Shown piece after piece: positions 52,181 through 64,000 of a DNA stretch of 64,000 nucleotides. A model generated the notes under the pieces. That model saw nothing but the letters and a program-made list of their open reading frames with translations. It searched no databases and had not been told where the DNA came from. This stretch comes from Octopus bimaculoides (lineage: Eukaryota): assembly GCF_001194135.2 (NCBI RefSeq), contig NC_068981.1, forward strand, positions 164,170,400-164,234,399. The letters are read 5' to 3'. Positions within the stretch are counted from its first letter, which is position 1, and every line of letters begins with the position of its first letter. The translations under genes and the position numbers were made by a program.

Positions 52181-53057
52181 TTCTTCGCTCGTAATATTGA
52201 AAAGTTTGCAAGTTTCAGGTGAATGCATCATGTTAAAAACAAGTTAAAAATTAGGGTTTATAACAGTAGGCAAGTCAAAAAAGCTCTTGCACTCAAGATG
52301 GAGTATTTCCGCCTCTGGAATTCGTTCCACTCTAGGTACACGTTAGTTAATTAGTAACTATTATTGTTGCAACTGTTGTTGTTATTTAGGATGCAAGGCA
52401 TCTAACCATGTCCATTCAATCATTTCAGGAATATCTAAGGACGTCACTACCTTTATATCACCTTAATTCTTTTTTATTAAACACTGTATACATTGTCATA
52501 TGGGGTCGATTTGGCTGCCATACCTAAATGAAATAACTGCATAGATATTCGATTTCTTTAATTAGTTAATTATTAAAGGACAAGAATCGAGTGAGATTCA
52601 ACTCATTCTTTTCGAATTGACATCTCTTTTTATTCCATCAGTTGATTCAGTGTGACATTGCAAGTTATTTATAGTATCTGTTGGCATGTGAGAAAATAAT
52701 ACAGTTGGCCATCTTTTTTATAGCAACAACAAGATCGGTAAGAGATATTTCGTTGATAAACTCTTATATATTGATATGTGTATTAAGGCAATAAAACGTG
52801 ATAAGGATTATCCAACGAGGTAACTTCTTTGTAGCTACTTGACTTTTTAGAAACGGCAAACCAAACGGAATCTTTTTAAAATTCCACCTTTTCCTCTTAA
52901 ATAAGGAGAGGATGTTTGGCATAAAGCAGTCCTATATCGACTTAAAAACACGGAATGCCACGAGTATTCCACTTGGTCATTGACTTAATGGTTTAAGACT
53001 CATTTTGGAGCTATTGTCCTTCTCTTTTTTAAAGACAGTTTGCTGTTGATTTGCGAT

Positions 53058-53092
<35 letters not shown>

Positions 53093-53178
53093 TTCAAAAA
53101 AACAATAACAAAAAAAAAAACAAAGTGAAGACGTGATACGGATAGTGTTATTGGACGCTCGGGAAAGGAAAGAGAGAG

Positions 53179-53213
53179 TGTATGACGTTTCGGGCGTAGC
53201 CCTTCGTCGGAAA
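53179..53213 (-). ncRNA. Hammerhead-like motif with U4C core variant
   Basis: Minus strand TTT-CCGACGA-a-GGGC-tac-GCCC-GAAA-CG-TC-ATA; 4-bp GC stem II, ACGT helix III, GUC triplet, stem I poor. Confidence 0.45.
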
Positions 53214-54111
53214 GATGGAAAGTTCGGAGAATGGAAGAACGGAGAAAGAGGAAAATGGTACCGATGCCCACGAGGTTACATTGTGAAAAGACTGGAAGNN
53301 NNNNNNNNNNNNNNNNNNNNNNNNNNNNNNNNNNNNNNNNNNNNNNNNNNNNNNNNNNNNNNNNNNNNNNNNNNNNNNNNNNNNNNNNNNNNNNNNNNNN
53401 NNNNNNNNNNNNNNNNNNNNNNNNNNNNNNNNNNNNNNNNNNNNNNNNNNNNNNNNNNNNNNNNNNNNNNNNNNNNNNNNNNNNNNNNNNNNNNNNNNNN
53501 NNNNNNNNNNNNNNNNNNNNNNNNNNNNNNNNNNNNNNNNNNNNNNNNNNNNNNNNNNNNNNNNNNNNNNNNNNNNNNNNNNNNNNNNNNNNNNNNNNNN
53601 NNNNNNNNNNNNNNNNNNNNNNNNNNNNNNNNNNNNNNNNNNNNNNNNNNNNNNNNNNNNNNNNNNNNNNNNNNNNNNNNNNNNNNNNNNNNNNNNNNNN
53701 NNNNNNNNNNNNNNNNNNNNNNNNNNNNNNNNNNNNNNNNNNNNNNNNNNNNNNNNNNNNNNNNNNNNNNNNNNNNNNNNNNNNNNNNNNNNNNNNNNNN
53801 NNNNNNNNNNNNNNNNNNNNNNNNNNNNNNNNNNNNNNNNNNNNNNNNNNNNNNNNNNNNNNNNNNNNNNNNNNNNNNNNNNNNNNNNNNNNNNNNNNNN
53901 NNNNNNNNNNNNNNNNNNNNNNNNNNNNNNNNNNNNNNNNNNNNNNNNNNNNNNNNNNNNNNNNNNNNNNNNNNNNNNNNNNNNNNNNNNNNNNNNNNNN
54001 NNNNNNNNNNNNNNNNNNNNNNNNNNNNNNNNNNNNNNNNNNNNNNNNNNNNNNNNNNNNNNNNNNNNNNNNNNNNNNNNNNNNNNNNNNNNNNNNNNNN
54101 NNNNNNNNNNN

Positions 54112-54154
<43 letters not shown>

Positions 54155-54845
54155 CAGATAGATAGAGAGGCTGACAGAGACTATCAGAAGTCATGAAGTT
54201 CACAAGAAACAGAACAGAACAAAATAACAAAAATGATGTAATGAAATGTTTCTTTACTTTTGTTTCTTTTTAGGAGAGAAGTAGGATTAGTTAGAACAGT
54301 AGGCGCATGCCAACTGGGCCACCTGTATCCTCACGCCATTTGTGGCGCGCATGCGTTCGATTGCTAATGAATACCTTCTGTTATCTGTGCAAATGTTATT
54401 TTTGCTATTCTTACTGATGTTGTTTAGTGCTAGATCGACACTGATTCACTAGATATGTGATCGAAGGCATCTCACTCGTGATAATCCCATCGTATTTTTA
54501 GACAAGGCATGCATCAAGATTATTATCCAAATTGAATACCATTCTTTTCTTTCTTTCCTTTTTTTAGACAATAGGATTAATCTGCAATGAGTTTTGGGTT
54601 CTGTTTCAAGGCCTTATAGAGGTTTTCCATAGTGACTCGTCATGAATACGTACTTACGAATATACAAATATGTATGTTTCGTCGTTAGACAACATTTACG
54701 TGAGTGTATGCTTACATGGGAGTGTGTAGGTGTGTGTGTGTGTGTCTGTATGTATATACATACATGCATATATTTACACATACATACATACATATCTATA
54801 CATATATATCTACATACATATATATATATGCACATATATATATAC

Positions 54846-54905
<60 letters not shown>

Positions 54906-55189
54906 NNNNNNNNNNNNNNNNNNNNNNNNNNNNNNNNNNNNNNNNNNNNNNNNNNNNNNNNNNNNNNNNNNNNNNNNNNNNNNNNNNNNNNNNNNNNNNN
55001 NNNNNNNNNNNNNNNNNNNNNNNNNNNNNNNNNNNNNNNNNNNNNNNNNNNNNNNNNNNNNNNNNNNNNNNNNNNNNNNNNNNNNNNNNNNNNNNNNNNN
55101 NNNNNNNNNNNNNNNNNNNNNNNNNNNNNNNNNNNNNNNNNNNNNNNNNNNNNNNNNNNNNNNNNNNNNNNNNNNNNNNNNNNNNNNNN

Positions 55190-55637
55190 TTAACAATTCT
55201 GCCGGGTAGCTCAGTATGAAAAACCTTCTTCGGTAAAAAATTTATAATCATAAATATATAGGGATTGACAGTAACCTGCTTCTCCAACATACTGAGAATT
55301 CAGAAATAGCAGTCAAAGAACTACTGATTTCAAAACTACAAATTATTACTCCAGATTGATAGCGATATTTTTGATACACACATACTGTGTGTATCAAAAA
55401 TATCGCTATCAATCTGGAGTAATAATTTGTAGTTTTGAAATCAGTGTGTGTATCAAAAATATCGCTATCAATCTGGAGTAATAATTTGTAGTTTTGAAAT
55501 CAGTAGTTCTTTGACTGCTATTTCTGAATTCTCAGTATGTTGGAGAAGCAGGTTACTGTCAATCCCTATATATTTATGATTATAAATTTTTTACCGAAGA
55601 AGGTTTTTCATACTGAGCTACCCGGCAGAATTGTTAA
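55190..55637. repeat. Perfect ~193-bp inverted repeat with internal 59-bp tandem duplication
   Basis: 55190-55382 is the exact reverse complement of 55445-55637; 55386-55444 duplicates the start of the right arm; abuts an N gap. Confidence 0.9.
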
Positions 55638-58524
55638 TTATTAATTTTATTACTAATTGATGATTCCCTGCCCTGCATATCTATATATATGTATATGTAC
55701 ATATATATATATATAAATATGTATATATATATACATATATATATATACACACATACATATATATACATATATATACATATATACATACATATATGTATAC
55801 ATATATATATACATACATATANNNNNNNNNNTATGTATACATATATATATACATACATATACACACGTATATATACATGTATATATATATATATATATAT
55901 ACGTAAGTATGTATGTATGTGTGTGTATATATACATATAATATATATATGGGTATGTGTGTATGTATGGATGCTTGGATATATTTTTCATCCATGTGCGT
56001 GCGTGCGTGCGTGCGTGCGTGCGTACCTTTGCGCGCGTGTGCGTGTGTATGTCTGCATGACTAACTTGAAAACACACCTCGGCGGAAAAGAGGTCTTGCT
56101 CGTTCGAGCGTACTCTTTTCCCCTTATTCTGTATTCACAGTCTTCTGGCCGTTGTTCGCTATCTCGTCTATCAGGAAACCTAGCGCTGACACAGACATGA
56201 TAACAACAATTTTCGGTCATCAACACACGCACATAACCACTTCCAGGATTGCACACACGCATCTATATACAGTTATTTATTTATTTCATTACGCATTAGT
56301 TCTTCTCAACACATACGCACGCTTACATATACATACCTGTGTACAATGACGTACACATTCGCACACACATAACATATACCACATACATATTTATCTATTT
56401 GTGTATACACACAAACCTATACAAATACACAAACATATATACACGCACACACATAGACACACAAACAGATACACACATATACATACATATAATGAATGTG
56501 TGTGCGTTGGCATCCAGTGAAGTATCTATCTATCTATCTATCTATCTATCAGTATGCACGTGTGTGTGTGTGCGAGTATGTATATATATATACATACACA
56601 CATATACAAATGTTCAATACATACATACATACATACATACATACATACATACATACATGCATGCATACATACATACATACATACATACATACATAAATAG
56701 AAGCATTGTGTGCGATTGTGTGGTTGTATGTTTGCGTAGAACTATATGTATATACACACACGTACACATACGCAGCCGGACCTATCCACGAAGATATAAT
56801 ATTACATACACATCAGTTATATACTGCTAACACTTCACACTCAGAAACACTTCTGTAAGCAATAGGTGTCGCATTTAACAAACACGTGACTTATAGCCTA
56901 GCGTTTATTGAAAATTGTCAAGGTGCGTCCATTTCTGGTCACTGCGTGGATATCGAATCAAAATTTTCATATTAATAGTAAAAAGTGGGGGCGGTATACG
57001 TCGACCCTAGTGTCACCAGCGCTACTGCATGTGTATCATTAAAACAAGTCAGAAATATTTCCCTCTGGTTGTTGAGCCGAGCTCAATCGAGCAATGCAAT
57101 CTCAGCTTTTGAAATCTAACCATTTTGATACGGCGTAAAAGCTAACTAATCGTTGAATGGTGGCGGTGGTGGCGGCGGTGGTACTGGTGGTGCTAGTGTT
57201 GGTGTGGTGTTGGGTAACAGTGGAATAGCTATAAGTTGTTGTTGGTGGTAATGGTGGCGGTAGTTGTGGTGGTGGTGGTGGTATTTATGGTGATAGTGGT
57301 GGTGATGATGTTGGCAGTGATGGTGGAGGTAGTTATGGTGGTGGTGGTAGTTATGGTGATAGTGGTGGTGACGATGCTGGCAGTGATGGTAGAGGTAGTT
57401 ATGGTGGTGGTGGTGTTGGTAGTAGTAGTAGTAGTAGTAGTAGTAGAGGTAGTGGCGGTGGCGATCAAAATACGAGGAAAAAAAAGAGAGATATAGGGTA
57501 ATGGAGAAATAAAGTGAAGATAGAATAGAAATAAATAGTAGGAGTTACTTGGAGATTCTGTGAAGAGTAAAGCGAAGCAAAGCAGCAAGAAACACAGTGA
57601 AGGAAGAGGAATGAAAGGAAGAGTGAAGAGAAGGAACGATAGATGGATAGATCGATAAAGAGAGAGGGGGCGATTGTGTAGACAAACCGTGTTTTCTCTT
57701 TATTCGATAATCTTCGACACTGATTAATTGGTTGTTTATGGTGTCTTCTCATAAATGCCGGGTGTTTTATGGCTGTGCTGACTTTCGGAGAAATGAATTA
57801 GATGTTACTCTTCCAGTGTCATATTCATATCTTTCTGAAATAATTATCCTCATTGCGAAAAGCAAGCGTTGATTTTTCTTTTATTTGTTCATCGACGCCA
57901 TCTTTCTTGTTGATGACCTCGCCGCGTCGTCGTGTCGCAGTGAAAGTAAACCGTAAGTTTTGATTACTTCCATAACTCATATAATTCGAACCAAGTTAAA
58001 TATTTAAGGCGAACAAGAAAAAGAGATTATAACCCTCGAAAATTTTCAGTGAAGAAGAAAATATTAAAATACGTACTTTAATATAAATATGAACATTAAG
58101 GAACGATAAAAGCTGAAGAGAAAGAAGAAGAAGAAGAAGAAGAAGAAGAAGAAAAAGAGGAGGAGGAGGAGGGTGGTGGTAAGTTTATGTGTATTTAATG
58201 ATTCAGGTAATATTTTTAGAGTAAGAGGTGGAGGGGGAAGTCGTGAGATATAGGTAGAGAGGTGCGCTAAATGTTTTGCGAGTATTTAGTTTCTTCCCTT
58301 TAGGGTATGAGTTCAAATCCTGCTGAAATTGATTCTTTTTTTTTTAAACTTTCATCCGTACTGATATAGTGATTTCAGAATAATCAAATTTCAGCTTACC
58401 TCTTGATAAGATTCTAACTAAATTAAAAGGAAAATGGGGAAAAATATACATTGAAGCATCGATTTCAAATTACCCCTACGGTGGCTGCTGGAAGTTGATT
58501 TCATATACTCCCTAACTATATATA

Positions 58525-59785
58525 CACAGATTGGACAAAATAATGGAAATACCTAGCATCATAGCATTATAATTTTGAAATAGCTATAAAACTGTCAACA
58601 GCTTGTTTATTTTTATGTTTTCTGATTTATCATTAGTGTTGCTTAATACGTTTTGCTAAAATTGCTGTTCTTTTTCAGATATCATCAGAAAAAGGTAATT
58701 AAAATTCCTTAAAATAACAGATCTATCGGACTTTCAAAGAGGTCAAATAGTTGGTGCTCGTATGGTAGCCGCGAGCGTAACGAAAACAGCCGAAATATAT
58801 GGTGTATGAGCAAATACTGTCTCGAAAGTAATGACAGCCTTTAAGAAAGAGGGAAAAGCTTCCTCTTCCAAACAAAACTCCGGNNNNNNNNNNNNNNNNN
58901 NNNNNNNNNNNNNNNNNNNNNNNNNNNNNNNNNNNNNNNNNNNNNNNNNNNNNNNNNNNNNNNNNNNNNNNNNNNNNNNNNNNNNNNNNNNNNNNNNNNN
59001 NNNNNNNNNNNNNNNNNNNNNNNNNNNNNNNNNNNNNNNNNNNNNNNNNNNNNNNNNNNNNNNNNNNNNNNNNNNNNNNNNNNNNNNNNNNNNNNNNNNN
59101 NNNNNNNNNNNNNNNNNNNNNGTCCCTAGAGCAGTGGAAGAATGTTATTTTCTCGGACGAGTCATCCTTTACTTTATTTCCGACCACCGGCCGAGTATAC
59201 GTGGGGGGACAGCCAAAAGAAGCATTTGACCCTGACTGCCTTCTTCCAGCTGTTAAACATGGAGGAGGATCCGTAATGATCTGGTGGTGGTGGGGGGGGG
59301 CTTTATCTTGGAAATTGTTGGTTTCCCTTCATGGCAGAATTAATAGCCAAGACTATCTAAGCGTTTTATCTGATCAAATTCATCATATGGCTACGGAACT
59401 GTTTCCGGAGGGAAACGCAATCTTTCAGGATGATAATGCACCAATTCGCACAGCTAAATTTGTTACTGAATGGAACGAGGAACATTCTAGTGAAGTTGAA
59501 CATCGAATCTGGCCACCACAGTCTCCAGATCTCAGTATTACTGAACATTTATGGTGCATTTTAGAAAAACAAGTAAGGAGTCGATATCCTCTACCATTAT
59601 CACAAGAACTGGAAACTGTTTTAGTTGAAGAATGGACAAAAATTCATTTGGAAACAATTCAAACTTTGTACGAGTTCATACCTCGTAGAATTCAAGCTGT
59701 AATTACTGCCAAAGGCGGTCCTATCCCATATTAAAATAAATTTGTTTGAAATTTTAAGGTGTTTCCATTATTTTGTCCAACCTTG
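58525..59785 (+). mobile_element. Tc1-like DNA transposon with DD36E transposase (inactive copy)
   Basis: TIRs ..TTGGACAAAATAATGGAAA.ACCT at both ends, TA flanks (58523-24, 59786-87); N-term DLSDFQRGQIVGARM with stop at 58807; SDESSF (D 59156), FQDDNAP (D 59432), SPDLSITE (E 59543): 36 residues between D and E by count. Confidence 0.95.
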
Positions 59786-61516
59786 TATATTGGCTTCTAA
59801 AGGTTGGGAATGAAGACTAGTCTATTTATTTTTCTTTGGTACCTGATCAGTACTTAATTCATCTACCCCTAATGATGAAAATGGTTTATTCCATTAATGA
59901 CCTGTGTTTGTATTNNNNNNNNNNNNNNNNNNNNNNNNNNNNNNNNNNNNNNNNNNNNNNNNNNNNNNNNNNNNNNNNNNNNNNNNNNNNNNNNNNNNNN
60001 NNNNNNNNNNNNNNGGTTGTTTCTCATCCATATAAGCATCAGTCTGAGTGACCTGATCTTTGTAATTTTGTTAATTAGATTTTACTAAAGTTCTGTACGA
60101 AGAGGTTAATGTCGCTTTATATTTCACGTCTCTCCTCAATTTAATTAACTTTACTAATAATTGTTTCTAATCTAATGTATGGCCAGATATTTTATGAGAG
60201 GAGTTAGTCGATTACATCAACTTGTGTACTTGACTAGTACTTTACTTTATTATGACTACCGATGTGGCTTCTGTTAAAATCCACCTCGTTATGATCTTAC
60301 TAAAGATTTATGCCCCGATCGCCTTCCTTGCGTGGGAAATCTAATTTGTCTATATTTTCAATGACGTTGACAATTCCAGTAACAACACAAAGTAGTTTCT
60401 GATTTCTTACATCCATCTTATTTCCAATTGAGACGGTCAAATTCGGCAACCATGTTAGATACTACAAACGTACGAGCGATATGCTTGTCGTCTGAGAATT
60501 GTGATGATCTTATTTTGTATACTTCTTTTGAGATATTCATTTATTTCTCACTCCTTCTCTGTTAATGCCACCATCATTGCTGACATTCTCATCTTTTCCA
60601 TAATACTTGCATTTCTAGACTTTCTACAATGTTTTAATTTTTAAATATAAAAGTAACTGGAGATTAAGTCACAAATGCATTGTACGTATTCAAAAGTATT
60701 TCACCCTCAGTCGTACCACTATATATACACATTGGGATTCAATACATTTCATTTCAGTGTCTGTATAATACTGAGATCTAATAACCTTTTAATGTGACTC
60801 ATTCTCAGTTCATACAGCAATAGGTTATCCACAAAGACAAGATAAGAGATATTTATGCATTAATGGTATCCATTTCTATAATGATAATGTTTTGTGAGTA
60901 AATTTGATAATGGATTTCACGAGAGAATAAAGAATAATACTGACCAGCTCTCACCCTCCTGGTTGCATTTTTGGTAATGTAATATATGGAATTTGATAAA
61001 TGTATTCTTGCGTCTCGGAAAAGACCTATTGGTTAGTAGATGCTAAATAACAGTTACTAGTTGTACAAGCATTTGGATAATTGTAAAGCTGATAATTCAC
61101 CCATGCGGTGTACTATCGCATGCTTCTTGAGAGTAAATCCCCGCTAGATTCAAGTTCTTCTGGTGCTTTATTAAGTCTTCTTGGATAATTTTATTAATAC
61201 ATCGCAGTTCCACATGGCACTGCACTTCTTTATTCTCCCTACTTGCTCAGTGTTATGTTATTCTTTGTAGTTTAGGGCAATAATTTTGTGAGAGATTTAC
61301 GTTCCTGGAGAATATTTTATGGATAATATTCTGGATGTCAATCAGTCGGTAAATTTTAGGTTGATTGGGCTTTATTATTTAATGAAATAGAAAAAGTAAC
61401 AGCTAACAGCCTTATGGGCAGATGTAATGTACCGTCCAGGTTATTTCTATTACTGAGTAATCAAATATCGGTGGTAAAAGGCGACATTTTTTGTACCAAT
61501 ATTATCATGTTCTAAA

Positions 61517-61960
61517 GGGAACAAGCTAGCAGAATCGTTACCGTGCTGGGAAAATGCTTAGCAGCATTTATTCCGTTCTGAGTTCAAACGCTGCCAAGGT
61601 CGACTTTGCTCTTCATCCTTTCAGAGTCGATTAAATAAGTACCAGTTACGCACTGGCGTCGATGTAAACGACTTAATCCCTTTGTCTGTCCTTGCTTGTC
61701 CCCTCTACGTTTAGTCCCATGTGGGCAATAAATAAATAAATATTACCACGCTCTAAAAGCGGCGAGCTTGGAGAATGCGCTGGGAAAAATGCTTAACAGT
61801 ATTTCTTCCGTTGTGAGCTCAAACGCCGCCGAGGTCGATTTTGCCTTTCATACTTTCGGGGTCGATGATATAAGTACCAGCTGAACAGTGGGGTCAATAT
61901 AATCGACTTATCCTCTCTCCGAAATTTTTGGCCTTGTGCCAAAATTTGAAATCAATATTA
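61517..61960 (+). mobile_element. Two tandem SINE family B copies with different 3' tails
   Basis: 61517-61740 (long GTCTGTCCTTG tail) and 61759-61960 (GGCCTTGTGCC tail). Confidence 0.9.
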
Positions 61961-62489
61961 TTATAAGTACTAGATATGAGAGTTTCCATTTTAACACTCT
62001 GTCTCAATATTTTCTCAGTACTATGTTATTTGCTTTATACAAGAACACTATTCTGGTTCATTCATCTATTCAACTTGCTTGCTAAATTTGTATCTTCCCT
62101 ATTTAGACATTCAGTAGCTTTCAGCCACATAAATGAACGTCTTTTTTTAGAAGTTATGCTCCATATCGAAGATGCGACAAACTCATTCAGAACTTTCTGT
62201 TTATAATAAACGTGCTGAGGCAAAACGTGTTGCCATATCCGAAAGATATTGCTGCACATTTTGTCTCAGCTCTTGTGGTTTATAATTCAATGTTCCCTTT
62301 TTGTCTCATCAAGCTACTTTTTTGTAAATTTTGTTTTCTTTTTTCGTAAGTTTTGCATCAGCGATAGTATATCAAAAGTATCTTGGTAAAAATAAAATAT
62401 ATTTATAATTAAGAGGTCCCCTCCGTCTCAAGATTTCTAATGCAGAAATCCAAAAATTAAATCCATTGTAATATGTATACGTCGTAAGA

Positions 62490-62657
62490 CGGTGAACTAG
62501 CAGAACCGTTAGCAACCCGAGCAAAATGCTTAGCGGCATTTGTCTGTCTTTACGTTCTAGGCTCAAATTCCACCGAAATCGACTTCACCTTCTATCTTTT
62601 CGGGGTACCAACTGAACATCTCCCCTGAAATTGCAGGACATATGACAAAATCTGAAA

Positions 62658-62660
<3 letters not shown>
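62490..62660 (+). mobile_element. SINE family B copy (internally deleted)
   Basis: GACGGTGAACTAGCAGAACCGTTAGCA..CCGAGCAAAATGCTTAGCGGCATTT...CTTTTCGGGGTACCAACTG. Confidence 0.85.
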
Positions 62661-62703
<43 letters not shown>

Positions 62704-63067
62704 GTGACTGGGTGGCTGTGGTATTTTCCTGCTATTTAATTGCCTGTATGCAGTTCTACCTGCAAAAAGAATTTTCGTATTACCTAATTTGCATTGTGGT
62801 TATTATTTTGTTGAAATCAAATTGGGAAGGACTTTGCCTTTCCTCCTTAACAGCTCGGTAAAATAATATACCAGTCAAGTAATGGGTTTGATGATAATCA
62901 ATTATGCTTTTGTATCACCTTTTACTTGTGTTGTATTCATGTCAAAATATCGCAAATCATTCATCAGGGGTTTAAATTTCCAGCTAACTATTCGCTCAAA
63001 CTTGTTTCATTTTCTAAATAAAACCGTAAATCATATATCATTTCATTACGTTGGCAGCTTTGAAGAT

Positions 63068-63275
63068 GGCAAGCAGGCAGAATCGTTATCACGCTGGAGA
63101 AAAATTTTTAGCGACATTTCGTTCATCTTTACGTTGAGTTCAGACTCTGCCGAGACTGACTTTGCATTTCATCTTTTGGGATCGGTAAAAAAAGTACCAG
63201 TTGAACAGTGAGGTCGATATAATCGGCTAGCCCCCTCCTCCAAAATTTCAGGCATTGTGCTTATAATACAAAGGA
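63068..63275 (+). mobile_element. SINE family B copy
   Basis: GGCAAGCAGGCAGAATCGTTA.CACGCTGG...GACTTTGCATTTCATC...AAGTACCAGTTGAACAGTG.GGTCGAT...AAAATTTCAGGC.TTGTGC. Confidence 0.85.
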
Positions 63276-63966
63276 TTATAATGGCAACTTTACTTTCTTC
63301 TGAGTTTATAGCCACGATGGGGACAGATACTTATATATTTAGCCATTGATATTTTGCCAACTTACTTTTTAATAATAATCCAACATAGAAAAGACATGTT
63401 CGCATTTGAGTCTGCCGGAATGTGTACATTCCTCTTTAATAATAATTTAATTTCAAATAGACGATGATATAGCTTCAAGGTTTCAGGTCGTGATTAAATA
63501 ATTTACTTTTTAATTAATAACAATCCAACAGCGAAAAGTCATGTTCACATTCAAGTCTGCCGAAACATGCTAAGAGTGGACACACACATCGCTCTTTAAT
63601 AATAGTTTAATTTCGAATAGACGATGATATGGCTTCAAGGTTTCGGGATAAATTTGTCGTGATTAAATATAACGTTATTTATAGTTTCAGATTACTTTTC
63701 TTTAAAACAATAGTTATTTCTAAATTTATATCTGAACATACATAATTTGTTAACATACAATATCCGCGAAAATTTCACCACCGTTGTCTGTCAAATTTCT
63801 ATATGTATATACGCTAGAGAATATATATATATATATTTATATATATATATATATAAATTATAATTTTAAATAATCAGAAAATGGAGAAAATTTTTGCAAC
63901 AAACAAACAAATTGACTAGCATCGTTTGACTTGATTATTTTTTAATACAAAAACATGACATAACAT

Positions 63967-64000
63967 GTCTTACGGCCGTTTCTGCTTCCAATGTTAGTCG
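63967..64000 (-). ncRNA. 3' half of a hammerhead motif, cut by the window edge
   Basis: Minus strand ...GAAA-C-GGCC-G-TA-AGAC: same AGAC arm and GUA triplet as the 15-kb motif, palindrome ACGGCCGT; the CTGANGA half would lie beyond 64000. Confidence 0.5.

Noticed and set aside
57235-57500. Gly-rich frame GGSYGGGGSYGDSGG resembling a structural protein
   Set aside because: No ATG or good acceptor, bounded by stops; near-invariant third-position T indicates a decayed (GGT/AGT/GAT)n tract with one internal duplication
61970-62330. Possible decayed C2H2 zinc-finger exon on the minus strand
   Set aside because: No complete C-x2-C-x12-H-x3-H or TGEKP linker in any frame

Overview
AT-rich, gappy (many N runs), microsatellite-saturated animal genomic DNA with no convincing protein-coding exon, consistent with a gene desert or a large intron. 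The mix of tRNA-derived SINE families and microsatellites resembles octopus (coleoid cephalopod) DNA; this is an inference from recalled repeat sequences, not a database result. Nearly all ORFs in the supplied track are microsatellite or gap artefacts. Identifiable mobile elements: at least four SINE-like families (about 35 copies); decayed LINE fragments (R4/Dong-like x3, RTE x2, CR1/Jockey-group endonuclease, HERO-like, a CCHC ORF1); a Penelope-like RT+GIY-YIG element (25.4-27.5 kb); a Chapaev3-like transposon end (40.1-41.1 kb); a Tc1-like transposon with a DD36E triad (58.5-59.8 kb); and MITEs. The signals invisible to the ORF track are RNA-level. (1) Five minimal type-I hammerhead-ribozyme motifs with palindromic helix III: two well formed, two weaker, one cut by the window edge. 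(2) A U2 snRNA-derived copy wedged between two SINEs, whose branch-site region has T>C changes at positions pseudouridylated in human U2. (3) Several fold-back structures that could be dsRNA/ADAR substrates. All family assignments come from recalled motifs and need HMM/BLAST confirmation.
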